Part shown: piece after piece, positions 12,458 to 25,405 of the stretch | Position numbering within the stretch: the first letter of the stretch is position 1 | How the letters are laid out: each line of letters begins with the position of its first letter | Source: Centroscyllium fabricii | Taxonomy: Eukaryota | Direction of reading: 5' to 3' | Length of the DNA stretch: 64,000 nucleotides | NCBI GenBank assembly: GCA_051313645.2 | Contig: JBNRSN020000002.1 | Span: forward strand, 539,214,001-539,278,000 | Notes under the pieces: generated by a model | The model's database searches: none | What the model saw: only the letters and a program-made list of their open reading frames with translations | Told to the model about the DNA's origin: nothing | Position numbers and translations under genes: made by a program

Positions 12458-14757
12458 TGTATTTACGGTATAGAGACAGCACATGGCCATCTAGAATACA
12501 GAAAATATTCCCTGGATGACCTGACTTCACTGTAACTGATAAACAGTGCAATCACAAGTAGATTGCATAGCTGAGAAAAATAAGCTCAATTCCATTTCCC
12601 ATGGCCAAACACGTAGTATTAAGTTTGGCGTGAAGGGTTCCCAATTGATAGTTATTCACATTGGGTTAACAAGGTGTCGAACAGCACCAAGTGATGCAGT
12701 CAGACAGCGCCAACTGCTGCGGGGTGACTTCAGGACTCGAGCAGTTTCTTGCCAGACACACTCCGCTGCAAATGGCACACTGGTGAAGCTTCAAATATCC
12801 TTGCACATATTAATGCATTTCGTTATAATGTCCACCGGTGAATAATTCAACCCAGAAGCTCGTATGAGCAAAAGGCCATAATAAGTGCCAATCGTGCTGC
12901 TCGTTTTTATTCTAACGTAGTTAATCCTTGCTTTTTTAAAAAGAAGTTAGAGGCAGCAAAGTGCCAAGGCAGATTGTCATTTCTCATTCAGTTCCATTAT
13001 TGAATTAATTGTATGTGAAGCTCACGTTTTCTGAAGACGCAGATTTATTCTGCTTTGCTCCACTTACCATTCTCCGAGACACTTCAGTCACATCTAATGA
13101 TGATATTTCAGTTGAACTGGAACCGATTGGCTACCACTCACAACCCTATCACGGTTAACGATTTCAATTTTCATCATCTTAACGACCCGAACATCTACGA
13201 CCAGTTTGGCTGACTCGGTCCCACCTCCTTTCAGCCACAGCCACCCATTACTCTGTCCGCCGCATCGCTTGATTTATGTCACATGCCCCACGCTCATTAG
13301 AGCACGGAATGAGGAGCGAGGCTCCTTTTTGGGTAGCACGGACCACTATTTGGCACAGCGGGAGCAAATCTAATCAGTACTCATCACTGAAAGATGATTT
13401 TTGTCTCGCATCCTTTCAGAGTGGATCTCCCTGGTCAACCTTGGAACCACACATTAGTTTAAAGGCCCGTTAGAAATGCCTTTTTAAATCCAAGACCGCG
13501 TTACTACTGTCAGAGGGAGAAGCAAGTAAGTAAATTTTATTGTCACTTAACTGAACAAAATTCAGACAGTGAAATGCTTACTGCTATTCCACACATGCTA
13601 CACATCAACCAACAACAAAAGAACATAAGATACACAGCACGCCCGGAACCCGCAAGACGTCAAGCCATTCTCCGGCGTCATCATTGAGGGTCTGCTAATG
13701 CTCCGGCTCTTTAATTCGATGTTGTTAACCTTCTTCCTTTACTGTGATACACTGCTGAATCGAAGTTTTTGATGGCTACGGGACTAAAATCCCACACTCC
13801 GTGAGTGAAGAATGGAGTCTAGTGCCCGACCTTCGGCAAGAGAACAGGCCCAACGAACCGCCGGACTCCCGCACTCCGGGAGTGAAGATCGAATTACAGC
13901 TGAGGGACCATCGGCCCGAGGACAGGTCCAATGAACCGCCGAATCGCCGAACTCCAGCATTTTGGGAGCGAAGAACAGGAGGCCCGATTTCCAACCCTTT
14001 GGCCCAAGAACAGGCCCAGCTGATCCACGAGCTCCCGCACCTCGGGAGTGAAGAATCGCCATTCGGAGCCTACTCTTCGTCCGAGAACGGGTCCAGCTGA
14101 TAGACACGCCGGTCGGGGCCTGCCCTTCGGCCCGAGAATGGGCCAGCCGATCAACGAGCTCCCGCACCTCGGGAGTGAAGAAAAACGCCGGTTGGGGCCT
14201 ACCCTTCGGCCAGGTCTCCGAAACCATCAAAAAAATCCATAACTTGCAACTTGAATTTAAATTTAAACTTAAACCATCGGCCAGACTCTCTGCAAACTTT
14301 CTCGAGGCCGATGTTTTAGATTTAAATTCAAAACAGTGAGGTGAAATATAATTTCAAATTCGATTTCAAGCAGCGCGCCATCATGACGACCGCACCAGCC
14401 GGAGCACAGCGCCGTGTAGATGTGCCTGTGGCACGAGATGTCCAGATTTAAAGGGCCATGCGCACCTTCCAGGAATTATACACTGAAATCTAATTACATT
14501 TAAAAAAACTCTTCAAACTGATTCTGCAATCCCAGTGAGGCTTTTCACAGAGATGAGACATGCTGAGTATTATGGAATAATATTACACACCCACATTTAA
14601 TTGTCACTGGATTCAGGGAAATGGGCTGATTTATTTTCAGCTCAAGTATCGAATATAAATCCTAATATAAAATATAAACACCACTCAAGTATCAGGAAAA
14701 GGCTTTGTTATTATAATAAACATTAAACTTCATTTTAGATAATAAAAATATAAAATA

Positions 14758-17459
14758 TTGCTGATTAAGGAGGGGATCAACAGAATTGAAAGGAAGGATA
14801 TTAACTCTGATGATGCGGAGTCTGTATGGGTAGAACTGAGAAATAACAAGGGTCAGAAAACATTAGTGGGAGTGGTATACAGACCTCCAAACAGTAATAT
14901 GGAGGTTGGGAATGGCATTAGAAAGGAAATTAGAGAAGCTTGCAGTAAGGGCACAGCAGTCATCATGGGGGACTTTAATTTACATATCGACTGGGCTAAT
15001 CAAATTAGTAAAAATACTGTTGAGGAGGAATTCCTTGAATGTCTACGGGACAGTTTTTTGGAACAATATGTCGAGGAACCAACCAGAGACCAGGCCATCC
15101 TAGACTGGGTATTATGTAACGAGAAAGGAGTAATTACCGATCTTGTGGTACGGGGTCCCTTATGTCTGAGTGATCATAACATGATAAAATTCCTCATTAG
15201 AGTGAGGTAGTGGAATCAGAGACTAGGGTCCTGAATCTAAATAAGGGAAACTATGATGGTATGAGGTGCGAATTAGGTAGGATTGACTGGGGAATGTCAC
15301 TCAAAGGGTTGACAGTAAATAGGCAATGGCAAATATTCAAAGGCTGCATGGATAAACTACAGAAGTTGTTCATCCCAGTGTGGCATAAGAATAAAACAAA
15401 AAGGGTAACGCAACCATGGCTGATGAGAGAAATTAGGGATAGCATAAGATCAAAGGAAAGGGCATATAAATTGGCCAAAAAAAGCAGTAACCCTGAGGAT
15501 TGGGAACAGTTTAGGATTCAACAAAGGAGGACAAAGGGATTAATTAAGAAGGGGAAAATAGAATCTGAAAGTAAGCTTGCAGGGAATATAAAAACTGACT
15601 GTAAGAGCTTTTATAGATATGTGAAGAGAAAAAGATTAGTGAAATCAAGTGTAGGTCCCTTACAGTCAGAAGCAGGGGAAGTGATAATGGGGAACAAAGA
15701 AATGGCAGACCAATTAAATGCATATTTTGGTTCTGTCTTCACAAAGGAGGACACAAGTAATCTCCCAGAGATATTGGGGAACATAAGGTTTGATGAAAGG
15801 GAGGAACTAAAAGAAATCCGTATTTGCAGCGAAATGGTGTTAGGGAAATTGATGGGATTAAAGGATGATAAATCGCCAGGGCCTGATAATCTACATCCTA
15901 GGATACTTAAGGAAGTGGCCCTAGAAATAGTGGATGCATTACTGATTATCTTCCAGCAATCGATGGAATCTGGAATTGTACCCATGGATTGGAGGGTGGC
16001 TAATGTTACCCCACTATTCAAAAAGGGTGGTAGGGAGAAAGCGGGAAATTACAGACCAGTAAGCCTGACATCGGTAGTGGGGAAGATGCTGGAGTCCATA
16101 ATAAAGGATGTAATAGCTGAGCACTTGAAAATCAGTGGCAGGATCGGACAAAATCAGCATGGATTTACAAAAGGTAAATCGTGCTTGACTAATCTGCTGG
16201 AATTTTTTGAGGATGTAACTGGGAAAATTGATCAGGGAGAACCAGTAGATGTGGTGTACTTAGACTTTCAGAAGGCGTTTGACAAGGTCCCACACAAGAG
16301 ATTAGCATGTAAAGTTAGGGCACATGGGATTGGGGGCAAGGTATTGACTTGGATTGAGAATTGGTTGGCGGACAGAAAGCAGAGAGTAGGAGTAAATGGG
16401 TCTTTTTCCGAGTGGCAGGCAGTGACTAGTGGGGTACCACAGGGATCAGTCCTGGGACCCCAACTATTCACAATATACCTTAATGATTTAGAAAAGGGAA
16501 CTAAATGTAATGTCTCCAAGTTTGCAGATGACACAAAGCTGGGAGGGCGTGTGTGCTGCGAGGAGGATACCAGGAAGCTCCAGGATGATTTGGACAGGTT
16601 GGGCGAGTGGGCTGAGATGTGGCAGATGCAGTATAATGTGGATAAATGCGAGGTTATCCACTTTGGGGGCAAAAACAGAAATGCCAACTATTATCTGAAT
16701 GGCAATAGATTGGGAGAAGGGGAAACACAACGAGACCTGGGAGTCCTTGTGCACCAGTCACTGAAGGTGAGCATGCAGGTGCAGCAGGCGGTTAAGAAGG
16801 CAAATGGTATGTTGGCCTTCATAGCGAAAGGGTTTGAATACAGGAACAGGGAGGTGTTGCTGCAGTTGTACAGGGCCTTGGTGAGACCACACCTTGAGTG
16901 CTGTGTGCAATTTTGGTCTCCTTATCTAAGGAACGACGTTCTTGCCATGGAGGGAGTGCAGAGAAGATTCACCAGGCTGATACCTGGGATGGCAGGAATG
17001 ACGTATGAGGAGAGACTGGGTAGACTGGGTTTGTACTCTCTGGAGTTTAGAAGATTAAGAAGGGATCTCATCGAAACGTATACATTTCTAACCGGTCTGG
17101 ACTAACTTGATGCAGGAAGGATGTTCCCGATGGTCAGAGAGTCCAGAACCAGGGCTCATAGTCTAAGGATAAGGGGTAAGCCATTTAGGACAGAGATGAG
17201 GAGCAATTTCTTCACCCAGAGAGAGGTGAACCTGTGGAATTCTCTGCCACAGAGGGCGGTGGAGGCCAATTCATTAAATATATTCAAGAAGGAGCTGGAT
17301 ATATTTCTTAAGGCTGGAGGGATCAAGGGATATGGGGAGAAAGCAGGGACAGGGTACTGAGTTTGGATGATCAGCCATGATCTCATTGAATGGCGGAGCG
17401 GGCTCGAGGGGCCGAATAGCCTACTCCTGCTCCTATCTTCTATGTTTCTATGTTTCTAT
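14758..17459 (+). mobile_element. 5'-truncated CR1 LINE ORF2 (partial APE endonuclease plus RT), disrupted
   Basis: ORFs 14758-15210, 15210-17105 and 17121-17360 with GDFN, SDH and FADD motifs; (ATGTTTCT)n tail. Confidence 0.95.
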
Positions 17460-18066
17460 TAAAATACTTTACTTGAGTTGCTCTTTTTTCTCTATATTCT
17501 TTATGCTCTCTGTCAATTTTTATTGTTGCTTATCCATTTAATATAACCCTTTTTATTTATATTTCAAGTCTTACACTTGTCTTTCTGTGCTTTTTGTATC
17601 CACAATCTATTTTGTAGATGGGAGATCTCTTTATTATTCTCTGAAACAACAACAACAACAACTTACATTTATATAGCGCATTTCACGTAGCAAGACATCC
17701 CAAGGTGCTTCACGGGAACGATATCAATAAAAACATTTTTGACACCGAGCCACACAAGGAGATATTAGAACATAAGCATAAGAAACAGGATCAGGAGTCG
17801 GCCATTCGGCCCCTCGAGCCTGCTCCGCCATTCAATAAGATCATGGCTGATCCGATCTTGGCCTCAACACCAATTTCCCGCTCTCTCCCCATACCCCTTG
17901 ACTCCCCTGTAGTTCAAATGTCTGTCAATCTCTGCCTTGAATATATTTGGTGACTCCGCCTCCACAGCTCCCTGCGGTAGAGAATTCCAAAGATTCACAA
18001 CCCTCTGAGAGAAGAAATTCCTCCTCATCTCCATCTTAAATGGGCGACCCCTTATCCTGAAACATT

Positions 18067-18980
18067 GGGGGGGAATTTTCCTCAGGCCGTGAGTGTGGGT
18101 TTCTGGTGGGGCGGGGACTAAAATTGCAATTCCGGTGGGCGGGAAGACACCCCGCCGGATCCCTGCCTATTTGGGATTTGCGTCGTGCGGCTTTTGCCGC
18201 CCCACATGTTTCCCGCCCGCCGCCGGCAGGGATGCTTAGTGAGCTCATTGAGGGCCCTTAAGTGGCTGGATAATCCTATTTTAAGGGCCCTCAGCTATTT
18301 TAGCCCTCTTCCCACCCAAAACCCGCCTGGTGGGAACCCCGCCGGTGAAAGGAGGCGGGCACCCAGTCGGCTGGGTGTCTGCCACCTTCAAGGCATGGGC
18401 ACAGCACTCACACAGCAGCTTGCTAGCCTCCACCATGCTGGAGGTGCAGCTGCCACCCAAGGGTGATAAACTTCAGTGCCCCAAAACAAAGAAATCACTC
18501 ACCTTTAAATCCCTGCTATTCAAATAGAGATCGGCGTGCTGAGCTGTCTGTGAACCAAGCTGTCAATCACCCAGGGGATCAGTTTCTATTTACATTCCAT
18601 TGAAACCACAAACAAACAGTGACTCACTTCAACTGTTTGTTTTGTTTTTTTAGCATTCCCTTTCAGACTCTGATATTTCAAAGGCTGTGTCAACATGGAA
18701 ATAAAGGAACCACTTGAACACTGTCAATCAAGCTTTGTGGTTTCTTACCACTCAGGCTATTCAGGCCTGTCAATCAACAGCCCGCCCCACTCAAACTGTG
18801 AATGGAAAGGGCTGCATTCCCGCCCAATAGTGTGTATTGGAAGCCCAGCAGACCGGCAGCGATTTAATTGGCCACTTGAGCCAAAATCGCTCGGGCCTCC
18901 CAGGTCCTTGGGCAGGCGGGACAGAAAGCTGACCTGCCCAAAACCCGACAGCTTCCCACACCTTTTTTTAAATTACCCCC
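18067..18980 (+). mobile_element. GGGGGGAATTTT-TIR DNA element inserted in a minus-strand CR1 3' fragment (17770-19010)
   Basis: GGGGGGGAATTTT...AAATTACCCCC termini; host CR1 sequence resumes after 18980. Confidence 0.7.
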
Positions 18981-19307
18981 TATGTCCCCTAGTTCTAGAT
19001 ACCCCCATTAGGACAGATGGTTAGTCAAAGAGGGAGGTTTAAAGGAACATCTTAAAAGGAGGAAAGAGAGGTAGAGAAGTATAGGGAGGGAATTCCAAAG
19101 CTTAGGATCTCGGCAGCTGAAACCGGTTTCAAAGGTTCATTTTTGCAACTGAACTGGTGGAATCCATCTTTGACACAAATATCACATCAAAAACAGGGAA
19201 TGCTGGAAAGCAATAATTTCCACAGTATTGGAAGGGTTATGGAGAATCCTTTCCTGACTCTTCCTTAAAATTTTTTGAATTTAAGTTAATACTGATTAAA
19301 TTTATTA

Positions 19308-19447
19308 CAGGTTGAGTGCCCCAAATCCTCAGTACCGGAATTGGGAATGTTCCAGAATCCGAATTCCAGGACGATTGGTGGCAGGGTCATCCGGAATCCG
19401 TAAAATGTTCCGGAATCCGGAACTCCAGATTTTGGACGCTCACCCTG
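19308..19447. mobile_element. Minimal 140-bp Tigger-like MITE, TA TSD
   Basis: ta|CAGGTTGAGTG...CGCTCACCCTG|ta, with internal ATCCGGAAT repeats. Confidence 0.7.
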
Positions 19448-19664
19448 TACTTCGAAAAGCCATTAACTTTTGTCGTCTTTTTTTGAAAAATCCTATGAAA
19501 AATGCAAGTGATGCAATTAAAGTTTAGTGTTGTGTTTTATCCTCCTTAATCTGCACAGCTCCACTAAGTGTTTCCGCCAGGCTGCGGCCATGGCACCATG
19601 CTGCCCTGGTGGCCTAGTGTGGGCCATCGGTTGCTCTGCAGAGCTTGCAGCGTCCCTCCCCTTT

Positions 19665-20432
19665 AACACAGAAACACAGAAGATAGGAGCAGGAGTAGTT
19701 CATTCGGCCCTTCGAGCCTGCTCCGCCAATCAATGAGATCATGGCTGATCATCCAAACCCAGCACCTCCCTCCTACCCTCTCCCCATATCCCCCGACACC
19801 CCCAACTCTAAGAACTATATCTCACACACATACTCATGGGCAATTTGTAGTATCTCCAATTCACCTAACCTGCATGTCTTTGAGTGGTGGGAGGAAACCG
19901 GAGTACCCGGAGGAAACCCACACATAGAAACATAGAAACATAGAAACTAGGAGCAGCAGTAGGCCATTCGGCCCTTCGAGCCTGCTCCGCCATTCAATGA
20001 GATCATGGCTGATCATCCAAACCCAGTACCCCGCCCCTGCCCTCTCCCCATATCCCTATCGAGCCTGCACCGACACACATCCCACCCTATCCCCGTAACC
20101 CCACATATTCAATCCCCCTAACACTAAGGGTCAATTTTTCATGGCCAATCAACCTAACCCGCACATCTTTGGACTGTGGGAGGAAACCGGAGCACCCGGA
20201 GGAAACCCACGCAGACACGGGGAGAATGTGCAAACTCCACACAGATAGTACCCGAGGCTGGATTTGAACCCGGGTCTCCAGTGCTGTGAGACAGCAGTGC
20301 TAACCACTGTGCCACCACACGAACACGGGGAGAACATGCAAACTCCACGCAGAGAGGTCCCGGGCCAAGCAGGATTCGAACCCAGGAGCTCCTTATTGCG
20401 AGGCAGCAGTGCTAACTACTGCGCCACCGTGT
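19665..20432 (-). mobile_element. Cluster of HE1-type SINEs (near-complete copy 19923-20318 plus two partial copies)
   Basis: V-domain, tRNA-like heads and CR1-derived (ATGTTTCT)n tails. Confidence 0.85.
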
Positions 20433-21040
20433 CATCCAAAGAAGGGGAGGGGCGGAGAAACGCGTCAGCGCTACGCGGAGCAGCCTAGGCATTTCCGGAC
20501 CCGGAACGTGTTTCGGATGTCCGAAGTCTGGAAATGCCCGAGCCCAGGTTGCAATATTTCCGCACGAAAACACGAAAACCAGCTCGGCCTCGGTCCCGAG
20601 GTTGCCGGATTCAGGACGCTTAACCTGTGATGGAATTAATTTGCAAACAGACATCGAGTCACAGATCTTTAATCGGTACATGCCACTATTCACAGCCGAG
20701 TTTTCCGAATGTGTACTCTCCATGTGGAGGCACACCCAGGGGTGCACGCCCCGTGATTTTAGAATCTTGCAGCTCAGACAGAAGCCATTCAGCCCATTGA
20801 GTCTCTACCGGCTCTTTGAACGAGCTGCCCAATTTAGTCCCTCACGTCAGCTTTTTCCCCCATAACCCTGCAAATGAGTCCTCTTCAGGTACACGTCTAA
20901 TGACCTTTTGAAAGTCCCTATAGAATCTTGCTTCCTCCGCCCTTTCAGGTAGTGCGTTCCAGAACTTAACAACTCTCTGGGGGGGAGTTTCGCAAAGGTG
21001 TGGGAAGCTGGCGTGTTTTGGGCGTGTCAGTTTTCTGTCA

Positions 21041-21960
21041 CAGCAGATGACACAAAGCTGGGTGGGCGTGTGTGCTGCGAGGAGGATACCAGGAAGCTCC
21101 AGGATGATTTGGACAGGTTGGGCGAGTGGGCTGAGACATGGCAGATGCAGTATAATGTAGATAAATGTGAGGTTATCCAATTTGGGGGCAAAAACAGAAA
21201 TGCCGACTATTTTCTGAATGGCAATAGATTGGGAGAAGGGGAAGTACAACGAGACCTGGGTGTCCTTGTGCACCAGTCGCTGAAGGTGAGCATGCAGGTG
21301 CAGCAGGCGGTTAAAGAAGGCAAATGGTATGTTGGCCTTCATAGCGAAAGAGTTCGAGTACAGGAACAGGGAGGTCTTGCTGGAGTTGTACAGGGCCTTG
21401 GTGAGACCACACCTTGAGTACTGTGTGCAATTTTGGTCTCCTTATCTAAGGAAGGCCGTTCTTGCCATGGAGGGAGTGCAGAGAAGATTCACCAGGCTGA
21501 TACCTGGGATGGCAGGATTGACGTATGAGCTGAGACTGGGTAGACTGGGTTTGTACTCGCTGGAGTTTAGAAGGTTGAGCGGGGATCTCATCGAAACGTA
21601 TAAAATTCTAACTGGTCTGGACAAACTTGATGCAGGAAGAATGTTCCCAATGGTCGGAGAGTTCAGAACCAGGGGTCATAGTCTAAGGATAAGGGGTAAC
21701 TCATTTAGGACAGAGATGAGGAGGAATTTCTTCACCCAGAGAGAATGCTGAACCTGTGGAATTCTCTACCACAGAGGGCGGTGGAGGCTAGTTCATTAAA
21801 TATATTCAAGAAGGAGCTGGATATATTCCTTAAGGCTAGAGGGATCAAGGGATATGGGGAGAAGGCAGGGACAGGGTACTGAGTTTGGATGATCAGCCAT
21901 GATCTTATTGATCCAAATGGCCTACTCCTGCTCCGATCTTCCATGTTTCTATGTTTCTAT
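21041..21960 (+). mobile_element. CR1 LINE 3' fragment
   Basis: Runs from ADDTKLGG onward, close to 16524-17459; frameshifted; same tail. Confidence 0.92.
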
Positions 21961-22239
21961 GACACGAATGTTTGAGGGCCTGGGAACCCCATGCAATTTT
22001 GGCTTAACTGGCCAGTTAATTGCCTGCGTGTGGGAAGACCCTGCCAAAACATACTTTCCAGTCGGAAAGCAGCGACCTGCAGATGACAGCCAGAGGTTTG
22101 ATTGGCAGTTCTAGGGACTGTGTGTTGTTAGTTTCTATGGAAACAGTCCATTGTGACATCACAATGGAGTGCAACCAATCTCAAAGCCCAAGTGGGTTGA
22201 GTGACAGGTCTAAGGACTCGCTGGAAAGCTCTCACAGTG

Positions 22240-22941
22240 GAGACCCGGTTTCAAATACAGCCTCGGGTACTATCTGTGTGGAGTACACATTCTCCCCGTG
22301 TCTGCGTGGGTTTCCTCCGGGTGCTCCGGTTTCCTCCCACAGTCCAAAGATGTGCGGGTTAGGTTGATTGGCCATGATAAATTGACCCTTAGTGTTAGGG
22401 GGATTGAATATGTGGGGTTACGGGGATAGGGTGGGATATGTGTCGGTGCAGGCTCAACAGGGATCGAGGGATATGGGGAGAGGGCAGGGACGGGGTACTG
22501 GGTTTGGATGATCAGCCATGATCTCATGGGTGGCATGGTGGCCTAGTGGTTAGCACTGTTGTCTCACAGCACTGGAGACCCAGGTTCAAATCCAGCCTTG
22601 GGTACTATCTGTGTGGAGTTTGCACATTCTCCCCGTGTCTGCGTGGGTTTCTTCCAGATGCTCCGGTTTCCTCCCACAGTCCAAAGATGTGCGGGTTAGG
22701 TTGATTGGCCATGATAAATTGACCTTTAGTGTTAGGGGGATTAAATATGTGGGGTTACGGGGTTACGGGGATAGGGTGGGATATGTGTCGGTGCAGGCTC
22801 GATAGGGATATGGGGATCTGGGGAGAAGGTAGGGACAGGGTGCTGGGTTTGGATGATCAGCCATGATCTCATTGAATGGTGGAGCAGGCTCGAAGGGCCG
22901 AATGGCCTACTCCTGGTCCTATCTTCTATGTTTCTATGTTT
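22240..22941 (+). mobile_element. Two tandem HE1-type SINEs (22240-22527 truncated; 22528-22941)
   Basis: V-domain present twice; CR1-type tail ending ATGTTTCTATGTTT. Confidence 0.88.
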
Positions 22942-24214
22942 CACCCAAGGGAGTCACTTACACCTCCAGTGTGTTGAAGGCCTGGAAGGCATTCTGCTGT
23001 CGGTCTTTCAATGCCTTGAAGGTGAAAGTGACCAAGCCGACTGAGATCTCCTCTATATTTCACCGACGGGGTTTCAGGATGGCAGGGAATGGCGTAAAAA
23101 TCGCGAGGGGCCCTTAAAATGTGATTACCCATGTCAATTAAGGGCCCCTAATTACCTCAACGATCAACCCCACCGGTGGCGGGCGGGAAAGATTCGGGTC
23201 GGTTGGACACGCCGCCCGAAAACCGCAAGGCGGCGGGGATCCGGCGGGAGGGGTCGGGAACCCCCCGGTTTCAGGATTTTAAGCCCCGCCCCGCCGGAAA
23301 CCCGCCCTCACGGCCCTCCGAAAATCCCCCCTAGCTGTGTGGAAAAAAAATTCTCCTCATTTCTCCTCTAGTTCTTTTGCCAATTATTTTCAATCAATGA
23401 CCTCTAGTGTCTTCCCATTAAACTTAAAAAATGCAAAAAATCATTGGGGGGCACACCCGTGATGTCCTTATTTCCCAGAGAGGGAGACTCCGCGATGGCC
23501 TTAAACATTGTGAAATTCGGCCCTTCAGTGTCACCTTTCATATTCACCGGGTGGCATTGCTGATCACATGACCAGTCCATATACCTTACTCATCTGGCTG
23601 GCAAAACCATTTTCCCTAATTGATTCAGACAGACTACCAATAGAGAACTTGTCTTTAGCCTGCTGAGCTGGATAATCCTGTCACAAGACCTTTACAAGGT
23701 TTACCTAGTAAACAAATCAATGGGTCTTTTACTACAAGAAATCCTACAAAAAAGTATGGATAGCGTAAATACGGCAGAGTGTAGCTGTTCGTGTATTTAA
23801 GTTGAATTTGAAAGACAGCACAATAAGAGCAGGTGAATGAAACAAGTGAGTATCAGCTGTCTGTATTTATTGCGTTGACTGGTAACTGATACCATAAGAT
23901 AAAATCAATCAAAGACTCGGAACAGTACAACCTTCTGTCTGGATGGTTCATTGTGGTACAGTCAGTAGCCCAGCTCATTGAGAGTAAATGACACGAAAAC
24001 TATTCATGTTTCGACCTTTTCCCTGCATTTAACCTATCTTTAGTTTTCATGAATTAAAATCCATTGTAAAGGACTCATCTTTCAAGAGCTTTTAACATGT
24101 TATGCTTTCTAAGTTATTGTACGCTTGCATCAGATGTTTAACCTGTAACACTAAGGGGTAGGTTTTGCGAGACTCTGGCAGTGGCATTTCGATCGACAGG
24201 AGAACATTAAAATA

Positions 24215-24520
24215 AATGTATTTGTGGGATGTGGGCGTCGCTAGCAAGGCCAGCATTTATTGCCCATCCCTAACTGGAGCCGCCGCCTTGAACTGCTGCA
24301 GTCTGTGTGGTGAAGGTACTCCCACAGTGCTATTAGGGAGGGAGTTCCAGGATTTTGATCCAGCGACAATGAAGGATCGGCCGATATACTTCTAAGTCAG
24401 GATGATGTGTGGCTTGGAGGGGAACTTGGAGGTGGTGGTGTTCCCACTCGCCTGCTGCCCTTGTCCTTCAAGGTGGAAGAGGTCGTGGGTTTGGGAGGTG
24501 CTGCTGAAGAAGCCTTGCTT
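24215..24520 (-). mobile_element. LINE 3' fragment (same family as 35145-35710)
   Basis: Reverse complement of the ...GGGATGGGCAATAAATGCTGGCC end. Confidence 0.7.
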
Positions 24521-24910
24521 ATCTCCCAACCTGGTATCTCAACCCTCATAGGTCTATCAACTCACACCATGCTGCTCTCCCAACCTGGTATCTCAACCCT
24601 CATAGGTCTATCAACTCAAACCATGCTGCTCTTCCAACCTGGTATCTCAAACCTCATCGGTCTATCAACCCAACCCTCACTCCTCCCCCAACCTGGTATC
24701 TCAACCCTCATAGGTCTATCAACTCAAACCATGCTGCTCTCCCAACCTGGTATCTCAACCCTCATACGTGTATCAACCCGACCCTCGGTGCTCTCCCAAC
24801 CTGGTATCTCAACCCTTGCAGGTTTATTGACCCAACTCTCATTGGTCTCCCAACCTAGTCCCCGAATCCTCATGTGCATTGCCCCAATTCTTGTTGCTCT
24901 CCCAACCTGA
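24520..24910. repeat. 54-bp minisatellite, about 7 copies decaying rightwards
   Basis: CTCCCAACCTGGTATCTCAACCCTCATAGGTCTATCAAC... recurs with a 54-bp period. Confidence 0.9.
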
Positions 24911-25405
24911 TGCATTGCTCTCCAATCCCACTCCAGAAAACTGTTGATCACTTGACCCTGCTCTGACTACCCTCCCAATTGGCCCTGATTCAATTCTGTG
25001 GTTGATGAGAGAGAAGATAATCAAGGTTCTACTATAACTGGCTAATTGGTCTTGGATATCAATAATATAGCCTGGAGATTTGTATTTTATAATTGTCAAC
25101 TAGTTGATATATCTTCACAGAGCGAACAAAAAAAAAAGCCCTCTAGAGAAACCAATACACAAGCATGTCTTAGTAACCCAACCACTTATTTAGGCTTGTG
25201 CCAATTATGTCAACAGAAAGGCTCTGATTAATAACTTCAAAATGAGTTAAAGCCTGCCAGTGGACAAAGCTATCATTCACTATAGCACTGAATAAAAAAA
25301 CTAAGCCAATACAAAAACAAAATACTGCCAATGGTGGAAAAACAGAAAATGCTGGAAATGCTCAGCAGGTCAGGCAGCAACTGTGGAGCGAAAAACTGAG
25401 TTAAT

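Larger units (their letters stand above)
20979..23331 (-). mobile_element. GGGGGATTTT-family DNA element fragmented by CR1 and SINE insertions
   Basis: Pieces 20979-21040, 21961-22240 and 22941-23331 are colinear with 25406-26211. Confidence 0.8.
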
